Source: Thiotrichales bacterium
GTDB taxonomy: Bacteria; Pseudomonadota; Gammaproteobacteria; Francisellales; CACEW01
NCBI GenBank assembly: GCA_947478175.1
Contig: CANJUQ010000007.1
Span: 10,364 to 74,363 of the forward strand
Length of the DNA stretch: 64,000 nt
Reading direction: 5' to 3'
A program made the translations under genes and the position numbers. Under the pieces are notes generated by a model. It searched no databases, was not told the DNA's origin, and saw nothing but the letters and a program-made list of their open reading frames with translations. Shown piece after piece: positions 56,089 to 64,000 of the stretch (positions are counted from its first letter, which is position 1; each line of letters begins with the position of its first letter).

Positions 56089-59000
56089 ATGGGTCGTTTA
56101 GATGGTTTTTTTAAGCGTTATTCAGTGACTAGCCAGGCGTCAAAATCTTTTTTAACGGATTCAGGCACCGCTAATTTTTCTGGCATGACTCGATTTATTT
56201 TTGAGCTTTCTGGGCAAGATCAACTGGTTCGATTTACCCCTCAAGAAGATAATCTAGATACTTTGGATCTAGGTTGGAAAACTTCGAAAGACCTAGCATC
56301 AAAAGCTATCTCTCATGGTCTAATTAAAAATCATGAATCTTTAAGTCTATTAGGCCAGGTGATTGGTCACCTGGGTGTTTACCGCAAGATTACTTTCCGG
56401 CGTCAAGCGTTAGGCGCTCGTATAGACCGTCATGCAGATGTCAAAAATGTTATTTTGGATGATGTGATCCAGGCCTTGGAAGCCCTGAAACCATTAGAGC
56501 AGATGATCAATACTTATGATGTCATGCAGAGCAAAGAGACCAATGCAGTCAGATTAGAAATAGCCTTTAAACAAGCCAGAATTCAAATTGAAGCCCTGCA
56601 GAAAGAATTAGATCAGCAAGGGAGTCGCCCTAGTGATCTTTTATGCGAAAAAGATCAAAGCTGTTTAAACAAAATAAAAGCTTTGTTACGTGATTTTCTT
56701 TTGTACTTGGCCATGCGTGAAGCGGATTCAAAAGTTGTTCTGAGCTGGCATGTACCAAAAGACATTCAAGCTCGATTTTCACCCATGGGTTTAAATTCTT
56801 TGGGTGATTTTATTCATGAAAGAATTTCTGAAATTTTGTCTGTGGCTCAAGAAGTCAATCAAAATTTAACGACCTTAAGAGGCGATTTTAATAGCTGTAT
56901 TGAAGAAGCGAGAGCTGCCTTAGGGCACCATGAATATCATCTACATAATCCAATATTGCCTATTCATCAGGGAGATTTTGGGCAGAGTGAAGAAGAGCCT
57001 GTTTTGCTGTTAGCGTCTGAATTGGGATTGACACATTCGGATGATTTAATTGATTTTGCTTTGATGGCCGCTGAGCTTACAGAAAAAAAATATAGCCCCT
57101 ATCAGCAATCTCTTATTGATGAAGACAGCCTGGTTGTTTCTCAAGCTGCCAAATGGAAAACCCGTTCGGGTGGGCCTTTAACGCCTGAATCAAAATTGAA
57201 AATAAATTTAGTGAAAGATGCTGTCTTAAGTGTGATCACCAGTGTGCCTAATTTAATCAAGGGTCTGGTATACGGAGAGACAAGCCCTGTTTTGACTGAT
57301 TGGCGTTCTACTCCCAGATATTCAAAAGTGACTGATTTTAGTACGGCAGCAGAGGTGCATTCAGATTATCAGGCTGAGGCTACTGAAGGGCATCAGAGAG
57401 AAAAGCTAATTTATAAATTTAAGAGTCTGTTGGCTTACTTAGCTTACGACACTAAGCCCTTAGGACTAGGGGCTGGCATTGCCTTGCATTATGCCTTTAA
57501 AAATATTTTCAACTCTTCTTGGGCGGGCTTAAAGCAAGGCTTTGTTGAATTTTTAGAACAAACAGTCTTGGGCGTGACCAGTGATTGTCGCCATGGGTAT
57601 CTTGAAAATTATTTAAAAGAAAAAGCTGGATTAGATAATATTGATCAGGTCTTTAAAAAGACACTAAGTAAAGTGGACTCTCAAAATAGAGCCACTGTTA
57701 ATCCTGTTTATGTTCCTCCTGCGCTTGCGCCTTCACTGTCTCAGCAGGATTTTCGTCAAGAACCTACGCTTTCAATCATTCGCATGAAAGCTTTGAAACC
57801 CTACCAGCCAGAGGGTTTACTACCAGCGCTTTCTCATGGTTTAGATTCTTTTTATCAACTTTTTGATCTTAACATGTTCAGAAAAGATACGTTGATTACG
57901 TTGGCTTTTTTTGGAGCCTATGGTCTTTGTGGCTTAGCGGCTTATTCACCCAGTGTGATTCAAGATTATTTAGGCTCGGGTCGGTTTGTGATGGGTTTAA
58001 TTAATGTTTCTAGATCTATTGGATCTGCTTTTGCCAACGGCGCATTTTCTCAGGCCATTGCGGCTGGATTTACGCTTGCTAAAGTCGCCGCTGGTGTGAT
58101 TGAAGGGGTGTTACATGGAACAGATAGTTGGATTGTTAAAGCAGGAAGAGCACTCAGTCGAGATTTCAGTCGTTATGCAGCTTATACGACGATGGCAGTT
58201 GGTTTTGGTTGGTTAGTCGCTGAAAAATTATCGATTCCTTATTTGTCAAAACACTTGAAAGAAGATGCAGGGACGGTGCCATTTTTAGCTTATGGATTTG
58301 CAGGGTTAAAACTGGCTGTGCTTTTAGCTGAAGCTGCTTTTAATCAAGATAAAACAGAAAAAATTAAGTTAAAACCTCATAGTTTTTATGATGTGGGGAT
58401 TCAAGTTATAAAAGAAATACGTCAAGGTTCTTCTCTATGGAATCCAGGCCAAGAAGAAGCCTCAAATCAGATGTTGATGGCCATCGCACCTAAAAGCTTA
58501 ATGGATGCTGATTTAGCGCCTAATACTTATCGTTGCAGAGGTACAGCTGAAGCAATTCCAGAATTTACAGATATCTGGAAATTAGATGATGAGAGAAAAT
58601 ATCCAGGCGTTCAGCCGTATTTAAAGCGCCTAGAAATTTTGACAAAGCTAAGAGAATGCCAAGAAATCTTGCCGAATCAGCCCATGAGTGAAAGGCGTGA
58701 TATCGCTGAATTGGTTCGAGCGAATTTTGATGCAGAGACAGCGAAATATTTATGCCAGATTATTTATCCGGTTCATCATCGGGCTTTATTAAGTCAGGCG
58801 ATTCATGCCGTTTTAATTTATCCAAGCGCGGTTATTAGGGCTTTTTTATCGCCTATTTCTGGCTCAATGCAACCCTGGAGAAATTTAGGAGTCATGTTAG
58901 AAAAAGATCTGACGGCTAATTTAACAGCACTTTGGAATATAGGATCGACCCTGAGTAGTGTGTTTAACCGTTTGTTGAGAGTGCCCGCTGATTTTCTAGT

Positions 59001-59568
59001 CAATCAAGTTTTAGCTCGGATTGAATATGGTCTGTTTGCGACTCACCATATGGCTCATCGGGCTTATGGGATTTCGCAATCTTTATATGCTTATCAAGCG
59101 GCGTTAGGTCAGCGTTTTTATGCGCCTATCTATGCCTTGCAAAAAAGACAAACCAGTCCTGATATCGCCGGTGTTTTCGATCAAGCATGGCGTGAAAATA
59201 CTTATATGGTCTTAGCCATTGCTTGTCAGGAAGATCCAAATACTAAAGAAGCATTGCTGGGAAGTCAGTGGGCTGTCATTCGAGAAATTAGAACGGATCA
59301 CCCTCGAGTGATTCACATGGGGAGTGTTAAACCTATTTCTGTTAGACCAGCGGCGTCAAAAAGTTATGGAACAGCGGGGGCAGAAGATCTAAGAGGAACA
59401 GCAATTCGTAGGGATCAACAAGAAAATCAAGCTGAAGCAACTGCCTTGGCTTGTTTTTTAGCTTGTAATACGGGAATGGATTCTTGTGTTCAAGCAGTTG
59501 GGTCGGGTTTAAGCCATGTGGGAGATGCGATAAGTGATTGTGTTCAGGCGATCGATTGCAATTTGTAA
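56089..59568 (+). CDS. Large (1159 aa) orphan protein with a central cluster of hydrophobic segments; effector-like
   Basis: AGGAGG lies upstream of the ATG in an AT-rich upstream region. I recognise no catalytic motif. Predicted TM-like stretches lie around aa 600-740. Confidence 0.65.
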   Translation: MGRLDGFFKRYSVTSQASKSFLTDSGTANFSGMTRFIFELSGQDQLVRFTPQEDNLDTLDLGWKTSKDLASKAISHGLIKNHESLSLLGQVIGHLGVYRKITFRRQALGARIDRHADVKNVILDDVIQALEALKPLEQMINTYDVMQSKETNAVRLEIAFKQARIQIEALQKELDQQGSRPSDLLCEKDQSCLNKIKALLRDFLLYLAMREADSKVVLSWHVPKDIQARFSPMGLNSLGDFIHERISEILSVAQEVNQNLTTLRGDFNSCIEEARAALGHHEYHLHNPILPIHQGDFGQSEEEPVLLLASELGLTHSDDLIDFALMAAELTEKKYSPYQQSLIDEDSLVVSQAAKWKTRSGGPLTPESKLKINLVKDAVLSVITSVPNLIKGLVYGETSPVLTDWRSTPRYSKVTDFSTAAEVHSDYQAEATEGHQREKLIYKFKSLLAYLAYDTKPLGLGAGIALHYAFKNIFNSSWAGLKQGFVEFLEQTVLGVTSDCRHGYLENYLKEKAGLDNIDQVFKKTLSKVDSQNRATVNPVYVPPALAPSLSQQDFRQEPTLSIIRMKALKPYQPEGLLPALSHGLDSFYQLFDLNMFRKDTLITLAFFGAYGLCGLAAYSPSVIQDYLGSGRFVMGLINVSRSIGSAFANGAFSQAIAAGFTLAKVAAGVIEGVLHGTDSWIVKAGRALSRDFSRYAAYTTMAVGFGWLVAEKLSIPYLSKHLKEDAGTVPFLAYGFAGLKLAVLLAEAAFNQDKTEKIKLKPHSFYDVGIQVIKEIRQGSSLWNPGQEEASNQMLMAIAPKSLMDADLAPNTYRCRGTAEAIPEFTDIWKLDDERKYPGVQPYLKRLEILTKLRECQEILPNQPMSERRDIAELVRANFDAETAKYLCQIIYPVHHRALLSQAIHAVLIYPSAVIRAFLSPISGSMQPWRNLGVMLEKDLTANLTALWNIGSTLSSVFNRLLRVPADFLVNQVLARIEYGLFATHHMAHRAYGISQSLYAYQAALGQRFYAPIYALQKRQTSPDIAGVFDQAWRENTYMVLAIACQEDPNTKEALLGSQWAVIREIRTDHPRVIHMGSVKPISVRPAASKSYGTAGAEDLRGTAIRRDQQENQAEATALACFLACNTGMDSCVQAVGSGLSHVGDAISDCVQAIDCNL

Positions 59569-59669
59569 TTACAAAAAAATCCATTGAAAAACCCAGTAGG
59601 CAGTGGGCCTTGATTTGATTATCATGCCGGCCCTTAGAAATAAGGGTTGGTATAGATAGAAGGTGAGTC

Positions 59670-60293
59670 ATGGATTCTTCGAGTATTTTATTTGTTATCT
59701 CTGCAGCGTCTGGTACAGGGAAGACTTCTTTGATTTATAAATTATTAGAAGAAGATAAAAAACTTTCACAAATTATTACTCATACCACTAGGCCCATGAG
59801 AGCGGGTGAAGTCGCTGGGGTTGATTATCATTTTGTGTCTCCCGAAAAATTTCATGCGTTATTAAATCAAGGGGCGCTAGTCGAACATGCCAAAGTCTTT
59901 GGTTTAGATTATGGAACCGCGAGAACTAGTGTCGAAGCAGCTTGCAAAGATCATCATGATGCAATTGTGAATATTGATTATCAGGGAGCGAAAAGCTTTA
60001 TGGGGAGCTTTCCCAGCCAAGTGGTCAGTATTTTTATTTTGCCGCCGTCTTGGGAAATCTTAGAACAAAGATTACGTTCAAGAGCGTCTGATTCTGAGGG
60101 GGTTATTAGGCATCGATTACAAGCTGCCCAAGAAGAAATCGCTCATCATGGTTTATTTAATTATTGTTTAATCAATGATCAGTTTGATAACACCTTAGAA
60201 CAATTGAAATCTATTATTTCTGCTGAAAGATCGAAGACTTCGCGAATGGCTTTAAAACATAAAGATTTATTGGCAACTCTGGAAAATCCATGA
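59670..60293 (+). CDS. gmk: Guanylate kinase
   Basis: Contains the ISAASGTGKTS P-loop, TTRP.R.GE..G.DY.F and the RL..R motif. Confidence 0.95.
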   Translation: MDSSSILFVISAASGTGKTSLIYKLLEEDKKLSQIITHTTRPMRAGEVAGVDYHFVSPEKFHALLNQGALVEHAKVFGLDYGTARTSVEAACKDHHDAIVNIDYQGAKSFMGSFPSQVVSIFILPPSWEILEQRLRSRASDSEGVIRHRLQAAQEEIAHHGLFNYCLINDQFDNTLEQLKSIISAERSKTSRMALKHKDLLATLENP

Positions 60294-61390
60294 GCAATAA
60301 AATAATCAAAATTTTACATACCGAATGGTCTGGAGGTTGGGGCGGTCAAGAAATTAGAATCTTGTCTGAGATGGCAGGTTTAAAATCCAGGGGCTATTGG
60401 GTTGGATTAGCAGCAGCGTCCCATACGCCGATTTTTAAAAAAGCCAAAGAACTGGGTTATCCCGTTTTTGCTCTGGGTTTTAAAGGTAATTTAGATCTCA
60501 AGACTTTTTTGGGATTAGTTAAAATTATTCGAGCTGAAAAAATAGATCTAGTAAACACGCATAGTGGCAAAGATACCTGGGTAGGTGGCCTGGCCGCTAA
60601 ATTTTGTGGCGCAAAATTTATTCGAACAAGACACCTGAGTTATCGCACTAAAAAAATCAGCCTGATTCACAAATTGGCCGATCATATTGTCACGACGGGT
60701 GAAGCCACGCGGCAATCTATGATCAAAAATAAATTAGCCTCGCCAGAAAATATTAGTACCATTCCGACAAGGCCAGATGAAAATATTTTTAATCCAGATT
60801 TGTATGACAAAGCCAGTATTAAAAAATCTTTGGGTCTCTCTGAAGAGACGGTAATTATTGGCATTGTGGCTTTTTTGCGTCGCATGAAACGGATCGATTT
60901 ATTTTTAGATCTAGCTGTGCTGATTAAAAAAAATATAAAAAATAAAAAAATAAAATTTATGATCGTCGGGGATGGCCCCTTGCAGGAACAAATTAAAATT
61001 TGGATTCAAGAAAAAAACTTAGAACAAGACGTGTTATGCATGGGTTATCAAGAGCATCCAGAAAGTTTGATGGCTTGTTTTGATATTGGGTTATTAACGT
61101 CTGATATGGGAGAAGCAACACCCCAGGCGCTTTCTCAATATCTTATGATGGGATTACCAGTCATGGTTACAGATATATGTCATATAGAAAATATGCGGGA
61201 TTCGCTCTCTTACCAATTAGTTCCCATTAATAATTTAAATCATTGGGTATTAACTTTGGAGAAATTATTAGATCATTTACCTCAGGCTCAAGAAGCTGCT
61301 CGAAAATTAAGGTCCTATGTAATTGAAAATTATTCTTCGAAAATTATGTTGGATAAAATGGAAGAAATTTTTCAAAAATTATTGAAATAA
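60290..61390 (+). CDS. Glycosyltransferase, GT-B fold (family 4/GT1-like)
   Basis: A 366-aa protein with an N-terminal GG..GQE pattern and the C-terminal E..P....EY...G.PV.. region typical of GT4 enzymes. There is an ATGA overlap with gmk. Confidence 0.75.
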   Translation: MSNKIIKILHTEWSGGWGGQEIRILSEMAGLKSRGYWVGLAAASHTPIFKKAKELGYPVFALGFKGNLDLKTFLGLVKIIRAEKIDLVNTHSGKDTWVGGLAAKFCGAKFIRTRHLSYRTKKISLIHKLADHIVTTGEATRQSMIKNKLASPENISTIPTRPDENIFNPDLYDKASIKKSLGLSEETVIIGIVAFLRRMKRIDLFLDLAVLIKKNIKNKKIKFMIVGDGPLQEQIKIWIQEKNLEQDVLCMGYQEHPESLMACFDIGLLTSDMGEATPQALSQYLMMGLPVMVTDICHIENMRDSLSYQLVPINNLNHWVLTLEKLLDHLPQAQEAARKLRSYVIENYSSKIMLDKMEEIFQKLLK

Positions 61391-61434
61391 ATTAATAAAA
61401 CGAGCGGTATTTTTACTTATCTAATCGGAACGGT

Positions 61435-61459
61435 GTAGGGGCGAATCTTGTATTCGCCC
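61435..61459. repeat. REP-like palindrome GTAGGGGCGAATCTTGTATTCGCCC
   Basis: Read directly. It lies between convergent genes (the GT gene and msbA). Confidence 0.85.
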
Positions 61460-61470
61460 ATTGCCTAAAT

Positions 61471-63204
61471 TTAAACCAGCGCTGCTTGGTGTAATTGAAA
61501 ATAGATCCCATTTTTTTGCATGAGTTCAACATGCGTTCCAGTCTCAATAATTTGCCCTTGATCCATGACTAATATTTGATCGGCAGATTCAACCGTTGAT
61601 AGACGATGCGCAATGATCAAAGTCGTTCGGCCAATCTTTAAATTTTCAATGGCATCTTTGACAGCTCTTTCGGATTCGTTGTCTAGAGCAGACGTAGCTT
61701 CATCCAAAATTAAAATAGGAGCGTCTTTTAAAATAGCTCGAGCAATGGCGATTCTTTGACGTTGTCCCCCAGAAAGTTTTAAGCCATTTTCACCAATGCG
61801 AGTATCTAAACCTTCTGGGAGTTCAGCAATAAATTCCCATGCATGGGCTGCTTTGGCGGCTTTTATGATTGAGAGTTCACTGGCAGATTCCAGATTCCCA
61901 AAGGCAATATTATGTCTAATCGTGTCATCAAATAGATGAACATGTTGAGAGACCAACGAGATCTGGGCGCGTACGTTATGCAAAGTTAATTTCTGGGTAT
62001 CGATATTATCTAATAAAACTTGACCGGCTGTAGGCGTATAAAACCGGGTTAATAAAGAAACTAAAGTGGTTTTTCCACTGCCTGACTTGCCTACTAAAGC
62101 AATGGTCTTCCCAGCGGGGATTTGAAAAGAAATATTATTTAAAACCTGTGTGCCGTTTCTAGAATAATTAAAGCAAAGATTTTTGACTTCTATTTTTCCT
62201 GTGGCTCTTGAAAGATTTTCTGTCCCTAAATTTTTTTCAACTTCTTGATCTAATAATTCATAAATTCCCTCAGCCGCTGCAATGCCTCGTTGGATAGTCG
62301 CATTGACTTGGGTGAGGCTTTTAATGGGATTTAAGACTAATAACATGGCAGAAAACATAGACACAAAACTGCCGGCTGAGACATGGATAAATCCATGAAA
62401 AGCGACATAAATAACTAAAGCGAGCGCACAAGCTCCAAACATTTGAACCAAAGGCGTGTTAATCGCATAAGCCATGTTTAATTTCATTTCTTGAAGAAAG
62501 TTGTAATCCAGTAATTTTAAAAAAGTTTTTTCTTGATATTTCTGGCCTTCAAAGATACGCACTTCGCGATAACCCAAAATAGATTCTTCAGCGGCTTGAG
62601 TAATATTTCCCATGCCGTTTTGAATGCGACGACTGACTTGTCGAAAACGTTTACTAGCAAAGTGAATAGAAATAATCACAAAAGGAAAAATGATAAAAAT
62701 AATCAGTGTTAGCTGCCAGCAGGAGGTGAACATGACAACTAATAAACCAATCACTAAAGCGCTCTGTCTGACAATAACCGTCAAGCTGTCTGTATTGCAT
62801 TGAGAGACCTGATCGACGTTATAAGTAATCTTGGCTAGCAACTGACCTGAACTAATTTCATCGTAATATTGGGCCGGTAATTTTAAGAGCTTAGAGAAAA
62901 TTTGGCGACGAAATAAATAGACAATTCGTTTGCTGAGCCAGCCCATGGAATAATTAGAGATAACGCCAGAGATGCCACGAAGTAAAAACAAACCCAAAAT
63001 AATCAGGGGCAAAATATGCAAAAAATGGGTGTCTTTTCCAATGAAGCCTTTGTCTAATAATGGCTTAAATAGATAAGTCGCATAAGAATCCACGCCTGAA
63101 TACACGGCATTTCCAATCGCCGTAATTAAAAAAATGGGCCAATAGGGCATCACTTGTTTAAGTAAGCGTTTGTAAACTATTTTTCCATTGGATTTGTCTT
63201 TCAT
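61471..63204 (-). CDS. msbA: Lipid A export ATP-binding/permease protein MsbA
   Basis: Has a 6-TM ABC exporter domain followed by Walker A (GKSGSGKTT), LSGGQRQR and Walker B (ILILDEATSALD). Length is 577 aa. Confidence 0.88.
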   Translation of the reverse strand: MKDKSNGKIVYKRLLKQVMPYWPIFLITAIGNAVYSGVDSYATYLFKPLLDKGFIGKDTHFLHILPLIILGLFLLRGISGVISNYSMGWLSKRIVYLFRRQIFSKLLKLPAQYYDEISSGQLLAKITYNVDQVSQCNTDSLTVIVRQSALVIGLLVVMFTSCWQLTLIIFIIFPFVIISIHFASKRFRQVSRRIQNGMGNITQAAEESILGYREVRIFEGQKYQEKTFLKLLDYNFLQEMKLNMAYAINTPLVQMFGACALALVIYVAFHGFIHVSAGSFVSMFSAMLLVLNPIKSLTQVNATIQRGIAAAEGIYELLDQEVEKNLGTENLSRATGKIEVKNLCFNYSRNGTQVLNNISFQIPAGKTIALVGKSGSGKTTLVSLLTRFYTPTAGQVLLDNIDTQKLTLHNVRAQISLVSQHVHLFDDTIRHNIAFGNLESASELSIIKAAKAAHAWEFIAELPEGLDTRIGENGLKLSGGQRQRIAIARAILKDAPILILDEATSALDNESERAVKDAIENLKIGRTTLIIAHRLSTVESADQILVMDQGQIIETGTHVELMQKNGIYFQLHQAALV

Positions 63205-63208
63205 GAAT

Positions 63209-63490
63209 TTAATTTACTAATGTCGGGGGCTGTAAATTAACCGGCTTAGCCTGCGCAGGATAACTAGAGGGCCCAGTTGGAACTGTAAAGTCCGGTTGAG
63301 TTTGAATCGGGTTAAGCCCTGTGGGTGTGACTAAGGCAGGCGTTTGAGTGACCGGCTGACGAATATAGTCATCTTCGCGGTTTCTAAAAACTTGTTTGCT
63401 AGAGCCAATCACAGTAGAGCAGCCTGTTAGCGTATTGGACAATAAAAAAGAAAGGGCAAGCAGGGTTAATAGTCCTAAGAATTTTTTCAT
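63209..63490 (-). CDS. Small lipoprotein (93 aa), Pro/Thr/Gln-rich
   Basis: Has a signal peptide plus lipobox (LTGC-S) and lies 4 nt upstream of msbA. It shows a weak pattern resemblance to the unstructured BamC N-terminal region (speculative). Confidence 0.6.
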   Translation of the reverse strand: MKKFLGLLTLLALSFLLSNTLTGCSTVIGSSKQVFRNREDDYIRQPVTQTPALVTPTGLNPIQTQPDFTVPTGPSSYPAQAKPVNLQPPTLVN

Positions 63491-63614
63491 GGTTTATAAA
63501 ATCTCATCAGTCATTAAGGTAGAAAAATAAAGGGGCGCATTTTCAATTAATAGACTTCAAGATGCAAATCAAACTGTCCTCAAACTGCTTTCGATTTTTT
63601 TTTAATTTAAAAAA

Positions 63615-63941
63615 TCACATGATGCTGCAACGGGATTCTCTTCGTTTGGGCGCTTGTTCTTTGGTTGGAACTGCTGGGGCGGTCAGATGAGCAACAGAAA
63701 AAGGCGCTGCTGTTGGACTTATAGCAGTAAAAACAGCCATAGCACCCGCGCCACCATTAGCGCCAGATGTGTTCATCGGCATTGTGGTTTTGGTGGCTTC
63801 TGGTAAGGACGTCAATCCAACAGCGAGTAAGATGTCGCGTGCATTTTCTGGATTTATGCTCATCGAGTATCCACTGTATGGTTGGATAGAGATCGAGTGT
63901 AAAGTGTCTGTAAAATCACCAGAAATAATTTGGTCTTTCAT
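63615..63941 (-). CDS. Hypothetical 108-aa protein
   Basis: Supported by the ORF only. It has a G/A-rich central segment and no recognisable motif. Confidence 0.35.
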   Translation of the reverse strand: MKDQIISGDFTDTLHSISIQPYSGYSMSINPENARDILLAVGLTSLPEATKTTMPMNTSGANGGAGAMAVFTAISPTAAPFSVAHLTAPAVPTKEQAPKRRESRCSIM

Positions 63942-64000
63942 TAGGGGGAGGTTCTCAGGAAATTTTGCAAGATTGCAGAGGAGCTCGAGTGACGCTGCTT

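Overview
This is a 64-kb window from an AT-rich gammaproteobacterial chromosome. GC was judged by eye, not computed. The ankyrin-repeat and effector-like orphan genes, the GacS/LetS-like tripartite sensor kinase and the overall gene content suggest a Legionellales-type intracellular organism, but that is inference only.

The backbone is housekeeping:
- tsaB (partial), ppiB, ppa, trpD-trpB-trpA plus a class I-beta DAHP synthase, and tRNA-Val(GAC)
- mnmA, dksA, a pcnB::pgi fused ORF, rplY-pth-ychF, ung, cfa and purB
- zipA-ligA, uvrA, ssb, map, carA-carB-pyrB, gmk and msbA

Accessory or unusual content is interspersed:
1. A tightly packed five-ORF minus-strand operon (10063-14397) links an MFS transporter, a 447-aa orphan protein, an untracked 26-aa ORF with a consensus SD, a ThiS/MoaD-like carrier ending in GG, and a MoeZ-type E1-rhodanese. 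No known acceptor pathway gene is nearby. This is my best candidate for an undescribed system.
2. A GC-richer islet (33548-37199) carries two translationally coupled effector-like genes. It sits next to a 470-bp MITE-like element with 101-bp perfect terminal inverted repeats around a decayed DUF559 gene.
3. A putative YopT-like (C58) protease fused to ankyrin repeats, and a 1159-aa orphan membrane protein.
4. A vapBC module, an intact and a decayed DUF1016/YhcG nuclease gene, and an Rpn-family nuclease gene.
5. A REP-like palindrome family (GTAGGGGCGAA-N-TTCGCCC) in at least 10 intergenic copies.
6. A composite repeat block next to tRNA-Val.
7. Many in-frame 9/12/15/39-bp tandem repeats inside coding genes.

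I found no rRNA, CRISPR array, integrase or transposase. All functional calls rest on motif recognition by eye. No database search was run.
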